NCBI GenBank assembly: GCA_038523235.1
Contig: JBCBJQ010000081.1
Location: 1 to 26,866 of the forward strand
Length of the DNA stretch: 26,866 bases
Direction of reading: 5' to 3'
Source of the DNA: Cyanobacteria bacterium J06626_4
Lineage (GTDB): Bacteria > Cyanobacteriota > Cyanobacteriia > Phormidesmidales > Phormidesmidaceae
The translations under genes were made by a program, and so were the position numbers. Below are positions 17,345 to 26,636 of this stretch, in pieces (within the stretch, counting starts at the first letter, position 1; each line of letters starts with the position of its first letter). Below the pieces are notes generated by a model. The model made no database searches. It was not told the DNA's origin and saw only the letters and a list, made by a program, of their open reading frames with translations.

Positions 17345-19405
17345 GTGGAAAAGGGGACACTGGTCGAGTTCCAAGTCAAGGGCAGTCCTCGCTTAGGTGT
17401 TTTAGATCGGCCCGAAGGCAAGAAAAATTGGATTGTCCTTGATGGCCACGGTCAGTCTCACACGCTTCATCCCCGCTCCCTGACGTTTCAGTTTCCCAGC
17501 GCGACCTTTGAGCCCGATGACCTGCCCGCAATCTCTGGGGAGGCCGAGGGCTACATCGACCCCAGCAGCCTGCAGGTCGCCTGGGAACTTTTGAGAGACA
17601 GTGAAGAATCTACCGACGCAGCGGCTTTAGCCCTGCTGTTGTTTTCTGACCAAACAGCGGCATTTTGTTATGCTGCTCATCGGCTGCTATCTGCCGACAA
17701 GACTTTTTTCAAAAAGAAGGGCGATCGCTACGAGCCCCGACCGGCCAGCCAAGTGCAAGAGCTGCTGCATCAAATCGAGAAAGAGGCGCAGCGACAGGCA
17801 GAATGGGACGGTTTTTTGGAGCGGGTGCGCCAACGTCTCGCAGGCGAATCAGTAGAATGGCAGAAGACCGATCGCCCGCGCCTGGAAGCCATCGAAAAAT
17901 TAGCGCTTTTGGGAGACGAATCGAACCAAAAGGCCCCAGCGCAAGAAGCTCTCTCGGCCCTAAATCGGGGAGCGAGTGCCGAGGCCGCATTTGAGCTATT
18001 GGTCGATTTAGGACGGTGGCAGGTTCATGAGAACCTGGAGCTACGTCGGCGGCAAATTCCCGTGGACTTTTCTGAGGCTGTTCTTACCATGGCGCAGCAT
18101 CGCCTGAGCAATCCACCGCCGGACGCCGATACCAATCGGCTCGATTTGACTGCGCTCAAAACTTACACCATCGACGACGAGAGCACCCGCGAGATTGACG
18201 ATGCCCTAAGTCTCGAAACCTTGCCAGACGGGCGGCAGCGACTGTGGGTTCACATTGCCGACCCGACCCGCTGGATGATTCCGGGCGATGAGTTAGATCT
18301 AGAGGCCCGCCGCCGCTGCACCACGGTTTATTTGCCGACGGGCATGGTCTCTATGTTTCCCCTAGAATTGGCGACCGGGCCGATGAGCCTGATTCAGGGT
18401 GAAGTGCACTGCGGCCTCAGCTTTGGTGTGGTGCTGAGTGAAGCCGGAGCGATCGCCGACTATTGCATTACCGCCAGTTTAGTTAAGCCGACTTATCGCC
18501 TTACCTATGAAGATGTCGATGAAATGTTGGATTTAGGCATTGAGGCAGAGCCTGAGCTACTGGCGATTGCCCACTGGGCCAAGGTGCGATCGCACTGGCG
18601 CGATCAGCAGGGCGCAATCAATATTCACATGCCCGAGTCTTCGATCCGAGTGCAGCAAGAAGCTGAGCAAGACTCCATTTCCATCAAGGTGTTGGACGAT
18701 TCTGGTTCGCGGGAATTGGTCGCCGAGATGATGATTTTAGCCGGAGAGGTCGCGGCTCGCTATGGTCAAGATCATGCCCTGGCGATGCCCTTTCGCAGCC
18801 AGCCTCAGCCAGAACTGCCCCCGGAAGAGGAGCTGATGCAGTTGCCGTCGGCCCTAGTCCGCTACTCGGCTATTCGTCGCTGTATGCCTCGCAGCGAGAT
18901 GGGCATCACGCCCGCTCGCCACGCCACGCTGGGTCTGGAAGGCTACAGCCAGGTTACCTCGCCGATTCGCCGCTATACCGATTTACTGGCCCATTTTCAA
19001 ATCAAAGCCCATCTGCGCGGCGAGCCGTTACCCTTTTCCTCCGACGAGATCACCGAGCTGACCCAAGGGGCCAGTTCAGCGGCCTATGAGGCGGTGCTCG
19101 TCGAACGTCAGACCAAACGCTATTGGGCACTGGAATATTTGCGTCGCCAAGGTCCCGATCATCTGTGGTCGGTGATTCTATTGCGGTGGCTGCGGGAAGG
19201 CGATCGCTTAGGGTTGGTCATGTTTGAGGATCTCGGACTCGAGCTGCCAATGCGCTTTGAACGCAAGGTGGAGCTAGGAGAACGGCTGCAGGTGAGCATT
19301 ACTCACGCCAATCCTCGACAAGACATTATTCGGATGGCGGAAGTGGCTGTCGCCGATGACGAAGCCGATGATCTGGTAGAAGCGTCTAGTCCGACGGCAA
19401 GTTAA
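17345..19405 (+). CDS. rnb: RNase II/RNB family exoribonuclease
   Basis: TIDDESTREIDDALS, VHIADP, TVYLP and TSPIRRYTDLLAH motifs; follows rpsR. Confidence 0.93.
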   Translation: MEKGTLVEFQVKGSPRLGVLDRPEGKKNWIVLDGHGQSHTLHPRSLTFQFPSATFEPDDLPAISGEAEGYIDPSSLQVAWELLRDSEESTDAAALALLLFSDQTAAFCYAAHRLLSADKTFFKKKGDRYEPRPASQVQELLHQIEKEAQRQAEWDGFLERVRQRLAGESVEWQKTDRPRLEAIEKLALLGDESNQKAPAQEALSALNRGASAEAAFELLVDLGRWQVHENLELRRRQIPVDFSEAVLTMAQHRLSNPPPDADTNRLDLTALKTYTIDDESTREIDDALSLETLPDGRQRLWVHIADPTRWMIPGDELDLEARRRCTTVYLPTGMVSMFPLELATGPMSLIQGEVHCGLSFGVVLSEAGAIADYCITASLVKPTYRLTYEDVDEMLDLGIEAEPELLAIAHWAKVRSHWRDQQGAINIHMPESSIRVQQEAEQDSISIKVLDDSGSRELVAEMMILAGEVAARYGQDHALAMPFRSQPQPELPPEEELMQLPSALVRYSAIRRCMPRSEMGITPARHATLGLEGYSQVTSPIRRYTDLLAHFQIKAHLRGEPLPFSSDEITELTQGASSAAYEAVLVERQTKRYWALEYLRRQGPDHLWSVILLRWLREGDRLGLVMFEDLGLELPMRFERKVELGERLQVSITHANPRQDIIRMAEVAVADDEADDLVEASSPTAS

Positions 19406-19614
19406 GGTGTTACTCGGAAATAGCGTCTCGATCGCCGCAGTCTCGCGCTGCCACGCCCTGATAAAAAGTGTCGCTACATCAGGGAAATGATGTCAGCGAA
19501 ACGCCTTGAGTCTGGCTGGTTTTACGGGATTTTTTAGGACTGTCGGAGGCGGTGCTGGTGATCGCCAGCCGTCTCAGAGTTGGAATTGAGCAATTTCTGA
19601 GCAGCGTTCCCGCC

Positions 19615-20871
19615 CTACGCCGTCTGCAAATCGTGCCCCATCCATAACACTCGGACGGTTGAGCCGGCGTCTAACTCAGTGACGCCAATGGGCACGACGG
19701 CCAGCCCTTGGGTGCCGGTGATATTAATCAGATTGCCAGAACTATGACTGCCCTGAGCCAGACCAAATTCCAACCCCGCTGAGGTGGCATAAAGCTGCCC
19801 CCAGAGATACGTCTCTCGCTTGCCCCCCGCTTTAAGTGGCTGCCGCGATCGCGCGGTCACAAAGGGGGCAGACCAAGGGCCACTGCGACCCGACAGCTTG
19901 CGAATGGCTGGAGCCACAAACCGCCAAAAGCTGACCAAAGCCGAGGCCGGATTCCCTGGCAAGCCAAAATAGAGTCGGGGTGGTGCCCCTGGCGCCACGG
20001 TCGCTACGGTTAGAGGCTTACCGGGTTTGATCGCAACTGAGCGAATGTGGATGGTCGCCCCCAGATCAGCCAAAATTTGATCTACATAGTCATAATCGCC
20101 GACCGACACGCCGCCCGAAGACAGCACCATATCGGCTTCAGCCACCGCCGTTGCCATTGCCTGCTGCAGTTTGGCAGGGTCATCAGGCACAATGCCGTGA
20201 CACAGCGGCATGGCCCCCAGTTGTTGCACTAAGGCCGCCAAGGCAAACTGATTGGAATCGACAATTTGCCCGGGTTGCAGCGTGACCTCGGGCGAGACAA
20301 GTTCGTTACCGGTGGAGAGAATGGCGATGCGTGGTCGCCGATAAACCTGCACCGCTGATCGCTGCGCCGCCGCCAGTACAGCCACTTCCGGCGCGGTGAC
20401 CAGATTCCCGACGGAGAGGAGGCGATCGCCCACCTGAGTGAACGTTCCCTGTTGGCGCACAAAGGCTCTCGGGGCAGGGGCACTCAATATTTGGACGAGA
20501 TCGCCCGTCCGCTGAGTATTTTCCTGCATCACGATGGTGTCAGCCCCCGACGGCACCATCGCCCCGGTCAAAATGCGAGCGCATTGGCCCGGCATCAACG
20601 CCTGCGTGGGAGATTTACCAGCGGGTATTTCTTCTACCACGGTCAATTCGACGGGTGTCCTAGCCGCAGCAGCACTGACGTCCTCATACCGTACGGCATA
20701 GCCATCCATCGCCGAGTTATCCCAGTGAGGGAAGTCGAGGGGACTGACGACCGACTCCGACAAAATGCGTCCACTGGCTTCGAGCAAGGCCACCGTTTCA
20801 CAGTCACGCCGCGAGTCGAGCGGTACGACCAGATCCAAAATCTGAGTCTCAGCAGTATCAGCAGGAATCAT
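19615..20871 (-). CDS. moeA: Molybdopterin molybdotransferase MoeA
   Basis: DNSAMDGYAV, RILTGA, STGNEL, SGGVSVGDYD, IKPGKP and GLPGNPAS motifs. Confidence 0.97.
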   Translation of the reverse strand: MIPADTAETQILDLVVPLDSRRDCETVALLEASGRILSESVVSPLDFPHWDNSAMDGYAVRYEDVSAAAARTPVELTVVEEIPAGKSPTQALMPGQCARILTGAMVPSGADTIVMQENTQRTGDLVQILSAPAPRAFVRQQGTFTQVGDRLLSVGNLVTAPEVAVLAAAQRSAVQVYRRPRIAILSTGNELVSPEVTLQPGQIVDSNQFALAALVQQLGAMPLCHGIVPDDPAKLQQAMATAVAEADMVLSSGGVSVGDYDYVDQILADLGATIHIRSVAIKPGKPLTVATVAPGAPPRLYFGLPGNPASALVSFWRFVAPAIRKLSGRSGPWSAPFVTARSRQPLKAGGKRETYLWGQLYATSAGLEFGLAQGSHSSGNLINITGTQGLAVVPIGVTELDAGSTVRVLWMGHDLQTA

Positions 20872-20942
20872 AGAAAGTCCCCGAATTTCCCACTCGTCAT
20901 CCTAGCAGTGGTGTTGAGTGTGCCAAGGAGGGCTAGCACACA

Positions 20943-21146
20943 TTAATGAGTCGTCTGTTGCAGGACTTGGAGAAAGGGCACGGCTAGTTGCGTGACGCGG
21001 ACACAAAGCTGAATGTGCTGAGGCCAGTCAGGCTGACGAATCCAGGCGCGATCGCTCTCACAGGCCATTACGAGAAAATCGGGTACGTGGCGGGGCTGCT
21101 TTTTCAACCGGACGGTTACCCCTGGACGCAGCAGCAAAGAAGGCAT
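20943..21146 (-). CDS. Small hypothetical protein (67 aa, possible SH3-like beta protein)
   Basis: ATG preceded by GAGGTGGGG. The PG..V....QP..VP.F.V..C..DR.W.RQ..W pattern resembles small cyanobacterial hypothetical proteins. Confidence 0.7.
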   Translation of the reverse strand: MPSLLLRPGVTVRLKKQPRHVPDFLVMACESDRAWIRQPDWPQHIQLCVRVTQLAVPFLQVLQQTTH

Positions 21147-21192
21147 ACCCCACCTCGACGAAAAACCTACGGGCGCATCTTAGCATCTAAAA

Positions 21193-21208
21193 TAGTAAAA
21201 ATGTACTA
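21193..21208. promoter_or_regulatory. Putative cyanobacterial LexA box
   Basis: TAGTAAAAATGTACTA is AGTAC-N4-GTACT with one mismatch, in an AT-rich tract about 47 bp upstream of the 67-aa gene. Confidence 0.5.
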
Positions 21209-21390
21209 TATAGAAATATTGAAATATGTAAACACCTTGATTTTGAGATCTTGTTATTCGCTCCAAGCATGGGCTGGACAACTCAGGATTGTCCCCATCT
21301 AGGGTCTGCCAGTATTTACAGTGTGTCTGCCGTGCTTCGTCTCCAGCCCCTGGTGCATGGGATGGGTGCGGAAAGGTCTAACCTCAACCC

Positions 21391-21418
21391 TGTTAGTTGT
21401 TAGTTGTTAGTTGTTAGT
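21391..21418. repeat. Heptamer tandem repeat (TGTTAGT)x4, STRR-like
   Basis: Four perfect consecutive copies upstream of pepP. Confidence 0.92.
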
Positions 21419-21485
21419 TTAATGACGCGTCCTCCGGGGGGATCTTTTACGCTTTAATGACTCCTCTTGTTTCTCTGGTGTGCTT

Positions 21486-22856
21486 ATGACTGCGATGCCC
21501 GCGATCTCGTCTTCCCTGGCTGATACCTTACGGCAGCGACGGCAGCAGCTAGCCAAGCAGATCGATTTTCCTGTGGTGTTGTGGTCAGGGCAGTCGAGCG
21601 CGAGAAATTTTCCGGCCAACACCTACCCGTTTCGAGCCAACAGCCATTTTCTGTACTTCGCCGGTTTGCCACTCATGCAGGCAGCCATTCATCTAGAGGG
21701 GGGACGGCTGACGCTGCTGATGGATGACACTACACCCGAGTCGGCCTTATGGCATGGGCCATCGCCCTCACGGGAACAGATCGCTGAGCAAATTGGCGCC
21801 GATGCGGCCTTGCCCTTGAGCAACCTAGCCGAGTTGGCACCGGATGCCGCCACACTCATGGTGCAGGATGCGGCCACTGCCGCTGAGCAGCTCACCCTAC
21901 GCTCAATGATTCATCCTGCCCGCGATCACGCCTTAGCAAAGGCCATCACCGCGCTGCGCCTCACCCACGATGCAGCGGCGATCGCGGCTATGCGCCAAGC
22001 CGCCACTGTCTCAGTGCAGGCTCACAAAGCCGGGATGGCGGCGACGGCAGTGGGCAAAACCGAAGCCGCCGTGCGGGCCGCGATGGAAGCTGTGATCATG
22101 GGCGAAGACATGGCCTGTGCCTATAACAGCATTGTGACCACGCACGGGGAGGTGCTGCACAACGAACACTACCGACATCGTTTGCAGTCGGGTGATCTGC
22201 TGCTGGCAGATGTGGGAGCCGAGTCGCCGCTGGGCTGGGCCTCGGATATTACGCGCACCTGGCCAGTGACCGGTGAGTTTTCGGCGACGCAGCGCGCGGT
22301 GTATGACATCGTGTTAGCGGCCCATGATGCCGCCATCGCCGCTGCTCGCCCCGGAGTGGAGTATCGCGAACTGCACCTGCTAGCCTGTCACGTGCTAGCC
22401 GAGGGGCTCGTTGACTTGGGGATTTTGCAAGGTCAGCCCCAGTCCCTTGTTGAGCAAGATGCTCACGCGCTGTTCTTTCCCCACGGGATTGGCCATTTAC
22501 TCGGGCTCGACGTGCACGACATGGAAGACTTGGGTGATTTAGCCGGCTATGCGCCCGATCGCCACCGCAGCGATCGCTTTGGCTTGAAATTTCTTCGTCT
22601 TGATCGCCCTTTACAAGCTGGGATGATCGTCACCATTGAACCCGGCTTTTATCAAGTGCCCGGCATCTTGCAAGATCCAGCGCGACGCTCTCAGTACCAG
22701 ACCTTAGTGGACTGGGAACGACTGCAGCAGTTTCAAGACGTTCGGGGCATCCGCATCGAAGATGACGTGTTGATCACGGCTGCGGGCAGCGACGTATTAA
22801 CCGCTGCTTTACCTAGCCATGCCAAAGCGATCGAAGCTCTAGTAAGTAGAGGTTAA
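21486..22856 (+). CDS. pepP: Xaa-Pro aminopeptidase (aminopeptidase P, M24B)
   Basis: FRANSHFLYFAG, LLADVG..ASDITRTWP, PHGIGHLLGLDVHD, TIEPG and GIRIEDD. The start could be 21480, 21486 or 21495. Confidence 0.92.
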   Translation: MTAMPAISSSLADTLRQRRQQLAKQIDFPVVLWSGQSSARNFPANTYPFRANSHFLYFAGLPLMQAAIHLEGGRLTLLMDDTTPESALWHGPSPSREQIAEQIGADAALPLSNLAELAPDAATLMVQDAATAAEQLTLRSMIHPARDHALAKAITALRLTHDAAAIAAMRQAATVSVQAHKAGMAATAVGKTEAAVRAAMEAVIMGEDMACAYNSIVTTHGEVLHNEHYRHRLQSGDLLLADVGAESPLGWASDITRTWPVTGEFSATQRAVYDIVLAAHDAAIAAARPGVEYRELHLLACHVLAEGLVDLGILQGQPQSLVEQDAHALFFPHGIGHLLGLDVHDMEDLGDLAGYAPDRHRSDRFGLKFLRLDRPLQAGMIVTIEPGFYQVPGILQDPARRSQYQTLVDWERLQQFQDVRGIRIEDDVLITAAGSDVLTAALPSHAKAIEALVSRG

Positions 22857-22972
22857 AGCGCGAGTCAATTCCCAGCGCTATTTGTAAAGGGACGGATAGG
22901 AATGCGTCTGTAGATCTGCGGATCTTCCCAACATCACCTGTAGGATGTGAAACAATGTTTGCATTCCTGGTT

Positions 22973-24619
22973 ATGGTTCATTCGATCTCTCCCCCGCAGC
23001 GAGTTACCGTGCCTTACCCCTATCAATTGCAAGCGCCTGATCTGCAGCGCGATCGCATTTTGGCGGCGATCGACGTGGGTACCAACTCGATCCACATGGT
23101 GGTCGTCAAAATCAAGTCGGCCCTGCCGGCCTTCACCATCATCGATCGCGAAAAAGATACGGTGCGGCTGGGTGATTTTTCGGAGGATGGCAACCTGTCA
23201 GAAGACGCGATCGCGCGGGCCATTGCCGCCCTCAAACGCTGTCGAGCCTTGGCCGAAAGCCTCCGAGCCGAAGATATCGTCGCTGTCGCCACCAGCGCTG
23301 TCCGAGAGGCTAAAAATGGTCAAGCTTTTATTGAACAGGTCAAACAAGAAGTCGGCCTAGCCATCAACCTGATTTCTGGCACCGAAGAAGCTCGCCGTAT
23401 TTATCTCGGTGTCCTTTCAGGCATGGAATTTCATAACCGGCCCCATGCCGTGATTGACATTGGTGGTGGCTCGACGGAGCTGCTTCTGGGCACAGGAGAA
23501 GCCCATCGATTTTTGAGTAGCACCAAGGTCGGTGCGGTACGGCTGATGGCAGGCTTTGTCTCTACCGATCCCATCAGCGATGAAGAGTTCACCTATTTGT
23601 CGGCTTATGTGCGGGGACGCATGGAGCCGTCTGTGGAAGATCTCAAGCGGCAGCTCGATCCGCAAGAATCTATGCGGTTAGTTGGCACCTCAGGCACTGC
23701 GGAATGTTTGGCCACCCTGGTGGCTTTTGAACGCCTCGGCTTGGTACCAGAACCCCTCAATGGTTTCCAGATGAGCTTTCAAGAGCTGCAGTCATGGACT
23801 GATCGGCTGCGTAAAATGACCCTGGCAGAACGACTAGAACTGCCGGAGATGTCACCTCGACGGGCAGAAATCATTGTGCCCGGTGCCATCATTTTGCAGG
23901 AAACGATGGCGATGCTTGGGGCTGACACCCTGACGATTTGTGAGCGGGCTCTGCGGGAAGGCGTGGTGGTGGACTGGATGCTCAGTCGCGGCCTGATCGA
24001 AGATCGCATGCAGTTTCAAAGTTCAGTGCGCGAGCGTAGCGTCAGGGCTTCGGCCGATAAATATCACGTGCCTCGGGCCGCCAGCGATCGCGTGGCTGAT
24101 TTTGTACTGGCGCTCTTTGATGCCACCAAGGGCCATCTGCACAACTGGGGGAATGCCGAACGAGAGTTGCTATGGGCGGCGGCAATTCTGCACAATGCTG
24201 GACACTACATCAGCCACTCTAGCCACCACAAGCACTCCTATTATCTGATTCGCAATGGTGAACTACTGGGCTACACCGAGACGGAGATCGAAGTGATTGC
24301 CAACGTTGCCCGCTATCACCGCAAGAGCTTCCCCAAGAAAAAGCACGACAACTACCGCAACCTCATCACCAAATATCATCGGCAGTTGGTGACCGAACTC
24401 AGTGCGATGGTGCGCATTGCCGTCGCGCTAGATCGCCGTGGCATTGGTGCAGTCAAAGCAGTGGACTATTACTTTAACGGCACCAATAAAACCCTACACC
24501 TGGATGTCAAAGCAGCCTCTCCCCTCGACGACTGCTCCTCTGAGATGTGGAACCTGCAAGATAAAAAACTCTGGTTTGAAGAAGTGTTCGGCGTCAAGTT
24601 GATGGCCCACTTAAATTAA
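22973..24619 (+). CDS. ppx: Ppx/GppA exopolyphosphatase
   Basis: AAIDVGTNSIHM, ATSAVRE, GTEEAR, DIGGGSTE, ALREG and an HD-like C-terminal domain (LHNAGH, HHKHSYY); alternative start at 22955. Confidence 0.95.
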   Translation: MVHSISPPQRVTVPYPYQLQAPDLQRDRILAAIDVGTNSIHMVVVKIKSALPAFTIIDREKDTVRLGDFSEDGNLSEDAIARAIAALKRCRALAESLRAEDIVAVATSAVREAKNGQAFIEQVKQEVGLAINLISGTEEARRIYLGVLSGMEFHNRPHAVIDIGGGSTELLLGTGEAHRFLSSTKVGAVRLMAGFVSTDPISDEEFTYLSAYVRGRMEPSVEDLKRQLDPQESMRLVGTSGTAECLATLVAFERLGLVPEPLNGFQMSFQELQSWTDRLRKMTLAERLELPEMSPRRAEIIVPGAIILQETMAMLGADTLTICERALREGVVVDWMLSRGLIEDRMQFQSSVRERSVRASADKYHVPRAASDRVADFVLALFDATKGHLHNWGNAERELLWAAAILHNAGHYISHSSHHKHSYYLIRNGELLGYTETEIEVIANVARYHRKSFPKKKHDNYRNLITKYHRQLVTELSAMVRIAVALDRRGIGAVKAVDYYFNGTNKTLHLDVKAASPLDDCSSEMWNLQDKKLWFEEVFGVKLMAHLN

Positions 24620-24834
24620 TGGGAACTCTTGCCTAGAGTAGTGCCCAAACGTCTTAACTATGGCAACACTTGACTGTTGCAGTTGTCACGGTAGTCCTTT
24701 TCAGCGGCTGGCAATGAGTTGATGGATACAGCCTGAAAGCAATGAGCCATAGGAACATAACAAGCAGATTATTTGGGTTGGCAAAATAAAATCAAATATC
24801 AAGTCAGAGAAAAACAATTATTTCCCCGGCAGAC

Positions 24835-25752
24835 ATGACTGAAAATGCTTATTGCTTTTGCACCGCAGTTTATGGATCACAATACTTAAAGCTTGCGCGG
24901 TTGCTCGTTGAGGATTTGAGTAAATTCTCTCCTGACTCTAAGCTGATTATTGTCACTAATCAACCTGACTTCTTTAAGGATCAATCAAACGTCATTGCTA
25001 TTAAGCATCGGTGTCGTGGCGTAGAGCCTCATCATGAAAGAAGGTTTGCCATCAACTATGGTTTATCGATTTCAGAAAGTGTGATTGTTATCGATTCAGA
25101 TGTCAGAATATTATCCCCGCTGCCGCCTGATCTGAAGTTCCATCCAGGCATCGCGGCTAGAAGCTGTGGAAGTCTCCAAAAGCATATGCAGGATCGGCTC
25201 AAAAAACCCTCTAAACAAAAGCTCAGAAAGCAACAGATCGTTCACCAGATGGCGAAACAAGTAGGTGTTGATATGAGTTCGCCCGATCTGAAATTTATTA
25301 ATGAATTTTTGTTCGTAGTCACGAGGGATCAAGGTCGAGAGCAAGATTTCTTGAATTTGTGGGGAGAATTAGCCATCTATGCAGACACTTTAGGGATGCA
25401 TAGACATCCGACTTATGCAATGGCTCTAGCTGCTCATAAAACCGGTTTCTCGGTCTATAGAGACGAGATGCCTGGCTTGAATTTCTTTGATGATCGCGTC
25501 ATCAAATGGAATATAGAACACGGTAAGGCTGAGCTCACGCCACAACTTGAGGCTCTCTTCAAACAACAGGCTGAGATTGAAGACGGTCAACGCTCAACCT
25601 TCCCACGTATCAAGAGAAAGCTCGGAAAAATCATGTCAAAAAGAATAGCGATTCCCTACAACCGGGCACGAGTTCAATTTACTCAAGCTATCTCGCCCTC
25701 TTCTTTGACTGCTTATTCTGAGGTCGATATCAAAAGCTCTTGCCGCTCATAG
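24835..25752 (+). CDS. Hypothetical protein, probable GT-A-fold glycosyltransferase-like
   Basis: YCFCTAVYGSQY...LIIVTN...RRFAI...VIVIDSDVRI places a DxD motif after a hydrophobic strand. It is AT-richer than the upstream genes. Confidence 0.65.
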   Translation: MTENAYCFCTAVYGSQYLKLARLLVEDLSKFSPDSKLIIVTNQPDFFKDQSNVIAIKHRCRGVEPHHERRFAINYGLSISESVIVIDSDVRILSPLPPDLKFHPGIAARSCGSLQKHMQDRLKKPSKQKLRKQQIVHQMAKQVGVDMSSPDLKFINEFLFVVTRDQGREQDFLNLWGELAIYADTLGMHRHPTYAMALAAHKTGFSVYRDEMPGLNFFDDRVIKWNIEHGKAELTPQLEALFKQQAEIEDGQRSTFPRIKRKLGKIMSKRIAIPYNRARVQFTQAISPSSLTAYSEVDIKSSCRS

Positions 25753-25916
25753 CTCATAATCTCCCATTCTCAATTTATTACTGTTGTTCATACAGGCTCG
25801 ATCGCGGCATCTATCTGATGACATCTGCTCTGAAGAGACATCCAGACAGAGCTGTTTCGTTGTAGGAAACGAAAAATCTGCTCAACCTGGTTGGCCAATT
25901 CTCGTAGCGCGGACCT

Positions 25917-26554
25917 CATAAGTGCAAAGCCCGTGGACGTCAGTTTGTTGAGTATCCCGAAAACAAGATCATTGATGAGGCCACTAAGTAACTCATCGAT
26001 AAGCTTCTGTTGGAGAAGCTACCTTTGGTAAGTATTGCCCGAGTGAAAGATGTTTCAGAGCTTTGGCTACAGAATTACGTTAACCACAAATATGCAGCCG
26101 TCCCTCGTCAGCTCAGTATTCACCCCAGAAAAAGACTGATTGATGCTCCAGTGTGACGAGGCCTGGTCATTCGTCGGCGATAAAGGCAACGAGCAATAGA
26201 TTTGGCTGGCCAGCGATGCCGGGAGTCGCGAGATTGTTGTTCACATCGGTGGTCGAAGTCGAGCCGGAGCCCAGGCCTTGTGACCATCCCTGCCGCTTCT
26301 CTACTGTCAGTGTAGTAGTCTACACCGACTTCTAAAATGCCTATGCAACGGTGATTTCCCGCAAACGTCATCGAGCGGTTGGCAAGGATAGCGGCAAGAC
26401 CAACCGAATAGAGTGCTTCAACTGTACCCTGCGTCAGCGAGTTTCACGTTAGTCAGAAGGGTGCTGTCTGTCTCAAAAAAGCTGGAGAACCACATGGGTG
26501 ATATCTGATACTTCATCTACTACTAGAATGCATCCTTACCTCTTTCGGACTGCC
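25917..26554 (+). mobile_element. Degraded IS1-family element (insA/insB pseudogenes, right end retained)
   Basis: InsA remnant HKCKARGRQFVEYP..K*LIDKLLLEKLPLVSIARV..WLQNYVN. InsB remnant QCDEAWSFVG..Q*IWLA..YTDF*NAY..HRAVGKDSGKTNRIECFNCTLRQRVSR, with stops and frameshifts. It ends in ...TTACCTCTTTCGGACTGCC. Confidence 0.92.
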
Positions 26555-26636
26555 TTGTTTGCCAAATTCTTTTCAACTCTCCGGCTCTTTTCGGTGGCTA
26601 GCGTCGTCTCAATGATGGAAGCTCCGAATACTCACG

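Larger units (their letters stand above)
704..24091. repeat. Dispersed HIP1 octamer GCGATCGC
   Basis: Roughly 30 or more copies seen by eye (e.g. 704, 1555, 2632, 5523, 12683, 12694, 24084). None was noticed after 24091. Confidence 0.9.

Noticed and set aside
21340..21390. c-di-GMP-like riboswitch suggested by GAAA and GGTCTAA
   Set aside because: The remaining conserved elements and the two-stem layout are absent.
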